A program made the position numbers and the translations under genes. This document shows positions 54,663 to 64,000 of a DNA stretch of 64,000 nt, piece by piece (positions within the stretch are counted from its first letter, which is position 1; every line of letters starts with the position of its first letter). The stretch lies in NCBI GenBank assembly GCA_951406725.2, contig OX597820.1, positions 60,326,001 through 60,390,000 on the forward strand, given 5' to 3'. Source of the DNA: Octopus vulgaris. Taxonomy: Eukaryota. The notes beneath the pieces were generated by a model. The model searched no databases and was not told where the DNA came from. It was given only the letters and a program-made list of their open reading frames with translations.

Positions 54663-57600
54663 ATAGATCAGGATTCAAGTGAATCAGGCACTTAAATGAT
54701 AAAGCATTGGGCCAGGTCGAAAATTAAAAGGTGTACACAACAAAATTAGAGGAATATACGTGTGGGTACCAAAGTACAGACAGAACGATATTCATGTATT
54801 CACCTGATGCAAACAGTTTTTCCTAATGATGTAATTTCTCCATTAATCAATTAAAAATTTGTTGGAAACAGCTGTAGTGAAATAACACATTATCCATCTC
54901 ATCATCATTTAACGTCTGTTTTCCATGCTAGCATGGGTTGGACAATTTGACTGAGGACTGGCAAATCAGATGGTTGCACCAACTCCAATCTGATCTGGCA
55001 GAGTTTCTACAGCTGGATGCCCTTCCTAATGCCAACCACTCTGAGAGTGTAGTGGGTGCTTTTACATGCCACCGGCACGAGGGCCAGTCAGGCAGTACTG
55101 GCAACAGCCATGCTCAAATGGTGTTTTTTATGTGCCACATGCACAGGAGCCAGTCCAGCGGCACTGGCAATGACCTCACTCGAATGTTTTTTCACATACC
55201 ACTGGCACAAGTGACAGTGAGGCGATGCTGGTAATGATCATGCTCGAATGGTGCTTTTTACATGCCACTGGCATGGAAGCCAGTTTGTTGCTCTGGCAAC
55301 GATCACACTCAGATGGTGCTCTTAGCGCTCCTCTAGCACGGATGCCAGTCATCGAATTTGATTGTTGTTATTTATTTATTTATTTATATATCAATCATCA
55401 TCATAATCATCATCATTGTTTTAATGTTCCTTTTGCCATGCTCACTTTTGTTGGATGGAATTTGTTGAAGTGGATTTTCTATGCTCTGGTAATAGAAAGG
55501 GCATCTATTTGTAGAAAATCTGCCTCAATAAACTCTGTTTGACCCAAAGAAGTATGGAAAAGTGGACGTTAAAATGATTTCTCCCTAAATTCGTTGACTA
55601 TGGGTTTGAAAGGGAGCTTAACAAATTGGAGAGATTTAATGAAATAATTTACTTTTTCATTAATAAGTTAATGTTTGGAACATAATAAACAGTTCTTCAA
55701 TAGAGATTTCCATTTAAATATGAACTCAGTAAAATGGATAGTTATTGTGTAAAGGAACAAGATGAAACTCAGCAGGTTTGAATAAAAAGGGTTAGAATAT
55801 AATTTTGAAAGTCATGCACTTTGAATTTTAGGACTAATATTTTGAGCCATAAATTCTATTTTAGTAAGAACACACATACACAAAGATAAAAGCTTATCAA
55901 ATTATATTTACTGAAATAGAATTTTTAAAAAAATGGAAACAGCTTTAGGAAATAGATATAACTAGTAAAGATGTATCTAATTCCCATTCATGACTAATCT
56001 GCTGCTGTTGTTTTACGTGAATAACTGCTTTCGTAAACAGAGAACAAGCTATGTACAGTTATTTCCCTTGGCTTATTTTTCAAACCTATACAACTGACCA
56101 AATCATCATCATCATCATCGTCGTTTAACGTCCGTTCTCCATGCTAGCATGGGTTGGACGGTTCGACCGGGGTTCTGGGAAGCCAGAAGGCTGCACCAGG
56201 CTCCAGTCTAATCTGGCAATGTTTCTACAGCTGGATGCCCTTCCTAACGCCAACCACTCCGTGAGTGTAGTGGGTGCTTTTTACGTGCCACCTGCACAGG
56301 TGCCAGGCAGGGCTGGCAACGGCCACGGTCAGATTGGTGTATTTTATGTGCCACCGGCACGGAAGCCAGTCGAGGCGGTGCTGGCATCGGCCACGAGTTG
56401 GATAGTGCTTTTTACGTACCACCAGACCAGGGATCCTGGCTGGTTCAATTCGATTTCGATTTCGCTTGCCCCAACATGTCTTCACAAGCAAAGGGGGTTG
56501 GCAAGGGTGCCTGTCGTACGGTCGCATTGGAGTATTTTACGTGTCACGGCCACGAGTCGGATAGTGCTTTTTACGTACCACCAGACCAGGGATCCTGGCT
56601 GGTTCAATTCGATTTCGAATTCGCTTGCCCCAACATGTCTTCATAAGCAAAGGGGGTTGGCATGGGTGCCTGTCGTACGGTCGCATTGGAGTATTTTACG
56701 TGCCACGGCCACGAGTCGGATAGTGCTTTTTACGTACCACCAGGCCAGGGATCCTGGCTGGTTCAATTCGGTTTCGCTTTCGATTTCGCTTGCCCCAACA
56801 TGTCTTCGCAAGCATGGGGTGTTGGCATGGGTGTCTGTCGTCAGATGAGGTTCTATATCGACTTCGCTTGCCTCAACCGGTCTTTGTGTCCAAGGGAGGA
56901 AAGGCATTCATAAGTGGGCTGGGCTCACTTGTCCTGCCTGGTCTTCTCACGTACAGAATATTTCCAAAGGTCTCGGTCTCTGGTCATTTCCTCAGTGAGG
57001 CCTAAAGTTCGAAGGTCGTGCTTCACCACCTCGTCCCAGGTTTTCCTGGGTCTACCTCTTCCACGGGTTCCCTCAACTGCTAGGGATTGGCACTTTCTCA
57101 CACACCTATCTTCATCCATTCTCGACACATGACCATACCAGCGCAATCGTCTCTCTTGCACACCACAACTGATGCTTCTTAGGTACAACATTTCTCTCAA
57201 GGTGCTAACGCTCTGTCGAGTATGTACACTGACATTACACATCCATCGGAGCATACTGGCTTCATTCCTCACGAGCTTACGCATGTCCTCAGCAGTCACG
57301 GCCCATGTTTCGCTGCCATGTAGCATGGCTGTTCGTACACACGCATCATACAGTCTGCCTTTTACTCTGAGCGAGAGGCCTTTAGTCACCAGCAGAGGTA
57401 AGAGCTCCCTAAACTTTGCCCAGGCTATTCTTATTCTAGCAGTTACAGTTACACAAATGTCCTTGTTAACTGTTTTCCTATCTATAAAAACTTAGGTTTA
57501 ATAATCAAAGCAGGCTTAAGACAACTGATTCACTGCTGAGTTTTAATAAGATCAAAAGATGTGTAATTGTTGCTGACATATTTTGGTGTTATAAAACTCA

Positions 57601-59648
57601 ATATAACATTGCCTGCCAACGAAGGTCAAGTATTCTCTCAAAGCATGAAAATACAATTTCCTGAGAAATATATATCTTTTATCTTTTACTTGGGCCATGG
57701 CCATGCTGGGGAAATGCTTTGAACTGTTTAGTCAAACAAATCGACTCCAGTATGTTTTCTTTTAAGTCAGGTAATCATTCTATCGGTCTCTATTGTCGAA
57801 CTGCTAAGTTACAGGAATGTTAAATAAACCAATATCAATTGGGGCAGAGCAAACACACATGACAAATTCAATCACAAGGCACTGGTGAGTCTGAGGTTAT
57901 GGTCAAAGACACCTGCCCAAGGTGCTGTGTAGCAGGATTGAACACAAAACTACATAGTTGCCAAACGAAATTCTTAACCACAGAACCATGATAGTCATTT
58001 AAGTTTCCTTTCTCTAGTTATGATACAAATTTAAATTCATTAAGAATTTTTTCCATATATCATTCAGTACTTTACCACCTACCTGAATTATTTAAAGCAG
58101 CTATTTATCTACATTCCACATACTTAAAAAAAAAAAAAAAAGGGAAAAAAATTTCACAATACAAATAATATAAGAGTAGCATGTTTGATTGTCACTTCTT
58201 TTGTCCAGATATTCAGCAGTTATGGTAACTGTTAATCCTCATCAGCCACAAACACATTGCAGCCCTTTGGGAATTTGCATTGTCATGTGAGATTATATAG
58301 CAGCTCTAAATAGGCAAACGATGTTTTAGTACCAAATACATATTTTGAAATGTGAAAAGAAACACAGAAAGAATGTACAATCCCATTATCAGAAACAGAA
58401 ATTAGTCCATTGTAACATATAGTATATTGGTGTGACCTATTTTCGAAAAGACTCGAAATTTGGGATTTAAAAATACATTCACAGATTAATCTATTCAACT
58501 GTATTGAAGAGAAAAGAATCTCTCTAATTAAGTTGACATCAGGTCAATAACCCACTGTTTAGTGTATTGTGATAGCATATGACATTGTGTCAGTTGAACT
58601 TACATATGGAAATAACAATATGTTATTAGCACAAGCAAAAAAAAATACAGGTTTCAAATTCTCACACAAGGCCAGCAATTTAAGGGGGAGGGATAAGTCG
58701 ATTACATCGACCCCTGTGCGTAACTAGTACTTATTTTATGAACCCTGAAAGGATAAAAGGCAAAGCTGATTGCAGCAGAATTTGAACTCCGAATGTAAAG
58801 AGCTGGCAAAAATTGCTGTTAAGAATTGTGTCCAACAAGTTAAAGATTCTATCAACTTTCCACCTTAGCCAAAAGAAATAATAAAAGAGAAAGTTTCTTT
58901 CTTATTCAACATGATATCATGTCACTGCGTCATGTTTGGAGAAGCAAACAAAACAAAAAGTGGGAAGAATTTAAGAAACCAGAGTGAGGTAATGAAAATA
59001 AAAGAGATATTCAGTGTAATTGTTTGAAATTTTGGTGCAAGGCCAGAAATTTTAGTGGGATGGGGTAAGTATCGCTGGTACTTTATTTTATCAACCTTCA
59101 AGAAAATGAAAGGCAAAGTGGAATTTAAACTCAGAATGTAACAGGTTAGAAGAAATACTACAAAGCATTTTGTCCACCGTTTTAATGATTCTGCCAGCTT
59201 GCAGCCATATTATATAATAACTACAACTGATATGATGATTGCTCTTTTGGATTCCAACAAAGTAGGGAACAAGAATTAAAAATGAAATAAAGGCTGGTTT
59301 GTGTTTATATTCTTTGATGCAAGATCAACAGCTGGTAACAATGTCATTTATTTTTTTAATAATATATATATAGAATTGCAATATTTAATACTTTTCTTTT
59401 TAAGATGATACACAAAAGCGCAATTTCATAGAAATTTTGATAGTAATTTTATATACTCTTTTACTTGTTTCAGTCATTTGACTGTGGCCATGCTGGAGCA
59501 CCGCCTTTAGTCGAGCAAATCGACCCCAGGACTTATTCTTTGTAAGCCTAGTACTTATTCTATCAGTCTCTTTTTGCTGAACCACTAAGTTACGGGGACG
59601 TAAACTCACCAGCATCGGTTGTCAAGTGATGTCAAGTGACAAACACAG

Positions 59649-59709
<61 letters not shown>

Positions 59710-60138
59710 TACAATGGGCTTCTTTCAGTTTCTGTCTAACAAATCCACTCACAAGGCTTTGGTCGGCCCGAGGCTATAGTAAAAGACACTCGCCTAAGGT
59801 GCCACGCAGTGGGACTGAATCCAGAACCATGTGGTTGGTTAGAAAGCTACTTACTACACAGCCACTCCTACGCCTATGGTCAAGTGCCTACAGAGAAATT
59901 TTGCCATTGGTTAAATGCATTTTTTTTTTAATCGATCAGTATGAATTAGAAAAATACTGCTCCCTGAGTACACTTAGATAGAATTCATTTAATATCATAT
60001 AATTACCTTGAACAGGACTTGCAGTTAGTGTCAACAGGTCTGAGGCTTCATTGTTGAAAATAGTGGCATTGTTGGAAAGTGTATTCTTCTCAAGTAACCT
60101 TTGCAGTGATAATTTTATAAACCAGTTGGAAGTTGGTT
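4583..60138 (-). CDS. BRCA2: BRCA2 orthologue, partial multi-exon gene model (10 exons in window; start exon and C-terminal exons not found)
   Basis: Exons 60007-60138, 53801-53924, 50436-50578, 48147-49982, 43512-43594, 33868-37753, 21722-21802, 15884-15965, 6883-7819 and 4583-4761. All have GT-AG boundaries and compatible phases, with no stops. They carry the NWF motif, [13 protein letters not shown] repeats and the helical-domain start in the same order as vertebrate BRCA2. Confidence 0.95.
5852..6133. mobile_element. Imperfect 280-bp palindrome with degenerate minimal HHR in each arm (old Penelope-like fold-back)
   Basis: The arms are reverse complements. Plus 6022-6062: TCT CTGATGA...GAAACAGCTGCA AGA. 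Minus 5923-5959: TCT CTGATGG AGGGATATCCCA GAAACAACTGTA AGA. Confidence 0.7.
6883..7819 (-). CDS. BRCA2: BRCA2 exon, pre-DBD region and helical-domain start (human exon 14/15 equivalent)
   Basis: TTTTCAG|C CAT...CAG CAG|GTTAGT. Its end [26 protein letters not shown]...YSHQQ resembles human [26 protein letters not shown]...CSHKQ. Contains DFRTPYRK (PhePP-like). Confidence 0.92.
8971..10808. mobile_element. Penelope-like fold-back element: inverted arms of about 280 bp around a (TA/TG)n-rich core, HHR motif in each arm
   Basis: 8971-~9270 is the near-perfect reverse complement of ~10420-10736. The right arm continues about 70 bp further. Both ends lie in (TA)n. Confidence 0.75.
10673..10723 (+). 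ncRNA. Hammerhead ribozyme motif (weak stem II); mirror copy at 8984-9033 on minus strand
   Basis: AGCTTC CTGAAGA TTTCTCTTGAAT GAA ACAG TACTAGTC CTGT A GAAGCT. The minus-strand copy lacks one G of stem I. Confidence 0.7.
10894..11434 (+). mobile_element. Non-coding 492-bp HHR-bearing element with 49-bp terminal direct repeats, inserted in (TA)n (retrozyme-like / non-autonomous Penelope-like)
   Basis: CAAAAAATTCTACAAAATTTTTTTTTGCCACCCTATATTGATTAATTAT at 10894-10942 and 11386-11434, differing only in homopolymer lengths. (TA)n on both sides; central HHR. Confidence 0.75.
11097..11203 (+). ncRNA. Type I hammerhead ribozyme, apparently intact
   Basis: Stem I ATTTCTTA/TAAGAAAT; core CTGACGA (11105-11111); stem II ATCTA/TAGAT with a long internal hairpin; GAAA at 11180; stem III ACG/CGT; cleavage triplet GUA (cut after 11195). 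Confidence 0.88.
11455..13208 (+). mobile_element. (CA)-rich non-autonomous element ending in a Penelope-type minimal HHR motif
   Basis: Long degenerate (CA/TA)n body and a GC/CpG-rich segment at 12345-12540. GTTT CCGACGA A GAGC TCC GCTC GAAACGTC ATAC at 13083-13117. Bounded by (TA)n. Confidence 0.5.
13246..13970 (+). mobile_element. Head-to-tail trimer of a third tRNA-derived SINE family (about 240-bp units)
   Basis: Three units GGAGG..TGGCTxAGTGGTTAGGGTG...TTCGATTCC...AGCAAAACACTTCATTTCAC.TTGCTCCAGTCCACTCAGCTGGCAAAAATGAG. Confidence 0.8.
15884..15965 (-). CDS. BRCA2: BRCA2 small exon (phase 1 to 2)
   Basis: TTTAG|AG TTC...ACG AG|GTAAAG; [26 protein letters not shown]. It supplies the phase change needed between the neighbouring exons. 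No motif-level homology seen. Confidence 0.7.
16250..16718 (+). mobile_element. Tandem dimer of tRNA-derived SINE family A (other copies 2881-3110, 15285-15519, 53153-53390, 19605-19810, 50125-50330)
   Basis: Head GGCGAGCTGGCAGAA...GAGTTCAAATTC, central GCCTTTCATCCTTTCGGGGTCGATAAATTAAGTACCAG (Meta-domain-like, from memory), AAGAAAT tail. One TSD, AGAAATTCATATT, flanks the dimer. Confidence 0.85.
20750..21320 (-). mobile_element. Highly degenerate RTE LINE fragment
   Basis: Eroded match (CAGTCTTCTCTCTTGCACAC etc.) to the RTE C-terminal region. Confidence 0.5.
21722..21802 (-). CDS. BRCA2: BRCA2 small exon (phase 1 to 1)
   Basis: TTTTCAG|AT TCT...ATC C|GTAAAT; [26 protein letters not shown], weakly like human DRRLF...LEPITCVP. 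Confidence 0.7.
23271..23632 (+). mobile_element. Helentron/HINE-like non-autonomous element
   Basis: 5' TTATTACCTCCACC...GGTGGAGGT hairpin, GTTT microsatellite, subterminal inverted copy CCTTGGTGGAGGT and short 3' hairpin CACTCTCTGAGTG. Confidence 0.6.
24585..24885 (+). mobile_element. 3' fragment of the same CR1 family
   Basis: [27 protein letters not shown]...RQHYT plus 3' UTR, nearly identical to 28320-28615 in inverted orientation. Confidence 0.9.
25572..26390 (-). mobile_element. RTE LINE 3' fragment (degenerate)
   Basis: [11 protein letters not shown]...[12 protein letters not shown] plus the same UTR and tail. Confidence 0.8.
26998..27284 (+). mobile_element. Non-autonomous Helitron
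   Basis: 5' A|TC, subterminal hairpin CCCGAGCAACGCCGGG, 3' CTAG|T. Confidence 0.75.
28310..31075 (-). mobile_element. 5'-truncated CR1-group LINE, ORF2 (APE endonuclease + RT) pseudogene
   Basis: [48 protein letters not shown] and RGH..K motifs. Frameshift near 29395, in-frame stop near 29272, (ATT)n tail. Confidence 0.95.
31220..31423. mobile_element. Mariner-type MITE
   Basis: TIR TTAGGTTGGTGCATAATTATTG... (about 55 bp, imperfect); TA on both sides. Confidence 0.8.
32648..32945. mobile_element. hAT-type MITE (related partial copy follows to ~33118)
   Basis: TIR CAAGGGTTCCCAAC / GTTGGGAACCCCTG; internal GTGGACCCC motifs. Confidence 0.65.
33395..33808 (+). mobile_element. tRNA-derived CORE-like SINE family B (about 410 bp; other copies e.g. 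17398-17813, 22400-22765, 25012-25413, 42945-43325, 52217-52648, 59455-59877, all minus)
   Basis: A/B-box-like head GGAGTGGCTGTGTGG...GGTTCAGTC, CORE-like CCTGGGCAAGTGTCTT, internal microsatellite, GTAAAAGAG tail; many similar copies in the window. Confidence 0.85.
33868..37753 (-). CDS. BRCA2: BRCA2 large BRC-repeat exon (3886 bp; human exon 11 equivalent)
   Basis: TTTTAG|AAT ATC...ACG A|GTAAGT; open frame throughout. Holds 12 FSTx-K/R-G-QKIQI-N[10 protein letters not shown] units and 2 [22 protein letters not shown] units matching the BRC consensus. Confidence 0.95.
34070..34285 (-). repeat. Two further BRC repeats, 117-bp period
   Basis: [12 protein letters not shown](T/S)VSE(K/N)S(V/I)KCAKQI(F/L)S occurs twice; Phe codons at 34267 and 34150. 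Confidence 0.9.
35860..37185 (-). repeat. Coding minisatellite: 105-bp (35-aa) tandem BRC repeat array, 12 units plus 1 partial
   Basis: Phe codons of FSTx recur every 105 bp from 37090 to 35935. Confidence 0.95.
37836..38171. mobile_element. Fold-back insertion: hairpin with about 134-bp arms, direct-repeat TSD, HHR-like motif in each arm
   Basis: Arms 37898-38031 and 38042-38175 are near-perfect inverted repeats. ACAACAAATCATATAAAT is duplicated at 37818-37835 and 38172-38189. Confidence 0.8.
40950..41365 (+). mobile_element. CRE-like non-LTR retrotransposon remnant (restriction-like endonuclease C-terminus)
   Basis: GSKRPDGMT...GRPLMWDAT...RY..L...[11 protein letters not shown], then in another frame [12 protein letters not shown]. 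This is the KRPDG/WDxT/ETxG/QRGN pattern of CRE-clade RLE domains. Confidence 0.75.
41714..41930. mobile_element. piggyBac-like MITE (degenerate)
   Basis: TTAA CCCTTTAG ... CTAAACGG TTGA. A related end occurs at about 28195-28294. Confidence 0.45.
42267..42591. mobile_element. hAT-type MITE
   Basis: TIR CAGGGCTGGCC / GGCCAGGCCTG; 8-bp TSD GTCTAGGA on both sides. Confidence 0.85.
43512..43594 (-). CDS. BRCA2: BRCA2 small exon (phase 1 to 0)
   Basis: TTTCAG|AT GAT CCA...AAT AAG|GTATTG; [27 protein letters not shown]. Bridges the phases of the two large exons. Confidence 0.75.
43845..44340 (-). mobile_element. Penelope-like 3' remnant (GIY-YIG C-terminus-like peptide, internal ~90-bp duplication, eroded HHR tail)
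   Basis: [21 protein letters not shown] resembles the PLE endonuclease end. Direct repeat 43953-44044 / 44140-44230. GAAACAGCTGTAAGA lies 3' on the same strand. Confidence 0.45.
47579..47803. mobile_element. Mariner-type MITE
   Basis: TIR TTGGGTTGTCCGGAAAGTTCGTGCCG / CGGCATGAACTTTCCGGACAACCCAA; TA TSD. Confidence 0.85.
48147..48675 (-). repeat. Degenerate coding tandem repeat, 33-36 bp (11-12 aa), about 15 units, consensus NNTVEDCAVQT
   Basis: [90 protein letters not shown], etc. Confidence 0.85.
48147..49982 (-). CDS. BRCA2: BRCA2 large N-terminal exon (human exon 10-like)
   Basis: TTTTTCAG|AT GAG..., in frame with ORF 48103-49890. KTKRFSY recalls human KTNKFIY. The proposed donor CAAG|GTAGTA is weak, so the 3' boundary is less certain. 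Confidence 0.85.
50436..50578 (-). CDS. BRCA2: BRCA2 exon with conserved [10 protein letters not shown] motif (human exon 7 equivalent)
   Basis: TTTCAG|C TTC...GAA G|GTACAA; [23 protein letters not shown] versus human [21 protein letters not shown] (T207 PLK1 site region). Confidence 0.92.
51769..51900. repeat. 42-bp tandem repeat x3 inside an RTE 3' UTR copy
   Basis: TGGGCCACATGGAGGCAAAGTGGCTGAGTTCCTTTCGAGCGT repeated. Confidence 0.8.
53801..53924 (-). CDS. BRCA2: BRCA2 N-terminal exon (phase 1 to 2)
   Basis: TTTTTACTCCCTTAG|CA TCA ACT CCT...AAA AG|GTATTT; phases fit both neighbours. Confidence 0.75.
54799..54881 (+). ncRNA. Degenerate hammerhead motif with long stem II
   Basis: TTCAC CTGATGC...(AACAGTTTTT/AAAAATTTGTT)...GAAACAGCTGT A GTGAA. 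A9 position is altered. Lies about 140 bp downstream of a (TA)n tract. Confidence 0.55.
56102..57447 (-). mobile_element. RTE-clade LINE 3' fragment (young); 3' UTR has a ~175-bp tandem triplication
   Basis: ORF 56925-57389 [20 protein letters not shown]...RRLRWYGHV...[10 protein letters not shown]; repeats at 56385-56830; (GAT)n tail. Confidence 0.92.
60007..60138 (-). CDS. BRCA2: BRCA2 exon with NWF PALB2-binding motif (human exon 3 start equivalent)
   Basis: TTTTCAG|AA CCA ACT TCC AAC TGG TTT...CAA G|GTAATT; [10 protein letters not shown] versus human PISLNWFEELS, with a phase-1 acceptor as in human. Confidence 0.82.
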
Positions 60139-61099
60139 CTGAAAATTTCAAAAGAAATTAGTAAATGTTAACAGAGCATTATACATGATATATCATCACC
60201 ATTATCATCAAACATCCACTTTTCCAAGCTTGCATAGGTCAGACAGAGTTTATTTGCGGTAAATTTTCTCCTTGCCACTGACCATCACCTGTTTCTGGCC
60301 AAACATGTTCTTGTAGAATATTGGAAATGAATGACGTTGCTTGAACGGCAATGACATTCATTCCCTATCATGCAAAATCAGAACAAGCATGGACAGACGG
60401 AAGGACACATCAGCATCATCGTTTAACGTCCGCTTTCCATGCTAGCATGGGTTGGACGGTTCAATTGGGGTCTGGGAAGCCAGAAGGCTGCACCAGGCCC
60501 AGTCTGATCTGGCAGTGTTTCTACAGCTGGATGCCCTTCCTAACGCCAACCACTCTGTGAGTGTAGTGGGTGCTTTTTACGTGCCACCGGCACAGGTGCC
60601 AGACGAGGCTGGCAAACGGCCACAATCGGTTGGTGCTTTTTACGTGCCACTGGCACGGAGACCAGACGAAGCTGGCAATAGCCACGATCGGATGGTGCTT
60701 TTTACGTGCTACCGGCAAGGAGGCCAGTCAGGGCGGCACTGGCTACGGCCACGTTCAGATGGTTCTCTTACGTGCCACCGGCACTGGTATGACAAGACTT
60801 CTTTCAGTTTCTGTCTAGCAAACCCACTTACAAGGCTTTGGTTGGCTTAGGGCTATAATAGCAGACACTTGCTGAAGGTGCAATGCAGGGCTGAACCAAG
60901 AACCAGGTGATTAGGAAGCAAACTTCTTATCACACAGCCGTGCCTGCATATGTATGTGTGTGTGTGTGTGTGTGCTGTTAAGTCAGACATGGCCAGGACC
61001 AAGCTTTGGTCAAACATATAAGTTATCTAAGTTGTGTGTATATATATATATATGTGTATGTGTGTGTGCATGCACGTGCACACACATACATACACACAC

Positions 61100-61975
61100 A
61101 CAGAGGTCTGCTACGGTGAAGAACTACTATATGCTGATGACCTCATTCTTACAGCAGAATTGAGAGAGTTAACTCCAGGTGTGAAAGCAAAACCTGAAAT
61201 CAAAGGGTTTTGAAGTTAGCTTAGCAAAGACTAAAGTTCTAACAAACAAGAGAATAAATAAGATTCTCTTTCTGTCAAGCAAATGACTCTGCTTAAACTG
61301 TAGGAGAGGTGCATCCGATGCAAAAATTACAGTGGAATCACATAAAGGTTAACAAAGAAAGAAGACTTGTATGTGGAAGATGTGCAAGAGTAATGAAGAC
61401 TAAGGATACATGGAAAACAGAATGCCCTGGAGAATTCCAAATGGTAGTAGATAGTTTCTGTTAGTAGGTAACCTAATTAGCAGTGGAGGAGGAAGTTTTT
61501 AAAAGTACAGTTGCAAGAATAGGAAAAAGAGTGGGAAAGTTTAGGAAGCTATTACCTCCTTTGGCAACAAAGGGTCTGTAGGAAATTTGTGTACAAATGG
61601 TAATGCTACATGCTCATGAGAATTATCCCTAAATGATGAGGACATGCAAAGACTAGAGAGAAATGATGCTAGTATGCTCTGATGGAGGTGCAATGTCAGT
61701 GTGCATGTATGACAAAGTGTGAGTGTGTTGAGGCATAGAAGGAATCACATGTAGTGTGCAAGAGAGAAGACTGCTGGTTTGTCCATGTGATGTGCATGGA
61801 TGAGAATGGTTGTACAAAGAAGTGCTGGTCACATAAAGCAGATAAAATTTGTGGAAGAGGGAGACCTAGGAAGGGACAGAATGAAGTAGTGAAGGCTGAT
61901 CTCAATATATTGAGCCTCATGAGGAGATGACAAAGGACCAAGGTAATTTGCTGTACTTGAGAAGACCTATCTGTT
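61100..61975 (+). mobile_element. Degenerate RTE LINE RT fragment
   Basis: ELLYADDLIL at about 61120, followed by eroded homology to the RTE C-terminus seen at 56925-57389. Confidence 0.75.
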
Positions 61976-64000
61976 ACAGACAAAATTAGTCCTAAGAACA
62001 TTTTGTTTATGGCTACACATGATGGGCTCTGCTTCTACCCTTAATCTGCCCCACATCTCATCCTCAAAGTACCCACGTGCCTCCATCACCCTTTTAATTA
62101 TTGTGCTACTTGGGTGTTGTAATCACTTGAGAGCAGAACTGGCATATTTCCACACCAGCACATGTGTTGCACCATAGTAAATATTCTAGAAGTATACAGT
62201 TCTATTTTTTCTTTTTAATATAGTCAATCACTCATCTGTTTTTTCCCATGCTAGTATTGGTTATATGACAATATTATTGAGGTGTCATTTTACAACCAAA
62301 TGCTTTTCCTGTTTTTCAAGTAAAGATCTTTTATTCCACAAATTTTCAAAGGCACAAAACCTTTACATTCAAGGCCCAGGAGAGAGAGAGGGGGGGGAGA
62401 GAAAAAGAGATGATGGCTAGTAGTTAAGAGGGGCTGCAGTGGATTGGACTGAATATAAGTAGATCTTATACCATCCTGTTCAGTATATATTTCTAAGTTG
62501 TACTTATTTGGCAAAGTGATTTATTTGATTTGAGATTTTCTGTTGAAATTAAAACAACTACACCCTGAAATTGTCATGAATGATGCATAACACACACACA
62601 CAAAGGTAATCATATATTTTTGATAATCTTCATGGCATGTTGCTGTATTTTAAACACACATAATCACTCACAAATACATTTTATACAGAATTGAAAAAGC
62701 TATATATGTAACATACTTAATGTATATACACGGTTGATACACCAGTTATTACAGTATTTATCCAGAGCTAACACCTCTTATGGACTTGCTGTGACAAAAA
62801 CACAATAAATATCAGAGAGACATGAAAATTCACACCAGCAGCAGTGAGTGAGAATGCTAGATGCATTTCAGCCCTTTAAAGTTTTTGAATGGCAAGTACA
62901 CTCACAGCCAGACATGATATAGAAAACAGCAGATAAAACATTCACTGATGTTGTGAATAACTGCCTGGCTGGTTATAAATTTGGTGTACACAATTGAGGC
63001 ATTATCAAATTAAAACAGCCTTCTCTGTATCATACTTAATATATATATATATACACACACATATATATATATATAATGTTGATGGGTTAGTTACTGCAGT
63101 ATTTATCCCGAGGCAAAATTAACATATGTATGTTGAGGAAATATACATGTAATGCATACAAGTTCATAAGTAAAGTCTTCTTAGTTTAATTGCTTTTTCC
63201 TGATATGGCTTTACACATAGAGTAAAGCCATGTGTATAGTGTTGCTGTAATGTGTAAAGACATACACATTTGAGTTTTGTTGAATATTTCCTGTCTTTTT
63301 AACTATAACAAAAAAATATGACAACCATTAGTAATTATACATCTTACTATATAAGAAAGAATGCTTTTTAAGATGCAAGCTTTTCTTTATCCCAAAGGGG
63401 TAATTACGAAGAGTAATGGTATCTGTCTGACATAAGTAATTTATAAATAGCTGAATTTAAAGAAACTAGTTTAAGTCTGTGTCAGCTATCAGTGGATATA
63501 AACAGTTCAAAAGTGGAACACATTGGTTTGTTAGGAAGATTAGGAAAAGTCTAATGTTTTGACAAGTACCAGTCATCAGAGAGTCATAAGTATTTTATAT
63601 AGGTACACTATTGACTTTCTGCAACTTTTGGTTCCAAAGCCTTTCCAGAGTACTGGTTTTTCTAAAGCAGGGGTGGTCACTTTGGTTGACACACTCTAAA
63701 TTGAATATTAAATTCATTTTAGATAATTAAATGATATACAAATACCTCTACTTTAGTACAAATAATAAAGGCTTATCAATACTCTACAGTGTAGAGTACC
63801 CATAAACTAGACAGGTACAACAAAGTAGAAAGGTATTGTGAAATAAGTTCAGCATTAGAGGAATCAGATGTTGTGTACAAGAGTGAAGCCTGAGCTAGTT
63901 TGGTCATATGATGCATATGGATGAAGACTGAAGCATAAAGAAGTACCAATCACTTAAAGTGGATGGATGGATGGAAGAGGGAGACCCAAGATGTGGGATG

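Noticed and set aside
58200-58250. Minus-strand CTGATGA followed by a hairpin
   Set aside because: No GAAA-stem III-NUH or stem I partner. CTGATGA at about 1140 and 1811 fails in the same way.
60141-64000. Search for the BRCA2 start exon or promoter
   Set aside because: No convincing ATG exon with a phase-1 donor and no CpG-rich promoter; the region is mainly repeat relics.

Overview
AT-rich, microsatellite- and SINE-rich eukaryotic DNA; the repeat landscape looks like an octopus/cephalopod genome (inferred from repeat families, not proven). The window is almost entirely one minus-strand BRCA2 orthologue. I reconstructed 10 GT-AG coding exons between 60138 and 4583 whose phases all join in frame (7483 nt, about 2490 aa). 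They run from the N-terminal NWF (PALB2-binding) motif and the [10 protein letters not shown] motif, through a 3.9-kb BRC exon, to the start of the helical DNA-binding domain. I did not find the start exon or the OB-fold exons; they probably lie outside the window. The protein has two unusual features: a spacer-less 105-bp tandem array of 12 (+1 partial) BRC repeats plus 2 further BRC repeats, and an N-terminal array of about 15 11-12-aa repeats, many ending in xQT/xET. The introns hold RTE, CR1 and CRE LINE remnants, tRNA-derived SINEs, mariner/hAT MITEs and Helitron-type elements. They also hold at least six different hammerhead-ribozyme (HHR) motif families. These include an apparently intact type I HHR in a 492-bp, terminally redundant, highly structured element inserted in (TA)n (retrozyme/circRNA-like), and three fold-back Penelope-like elements with an HHR in each arm, one of which has a U3-A8 core variant.
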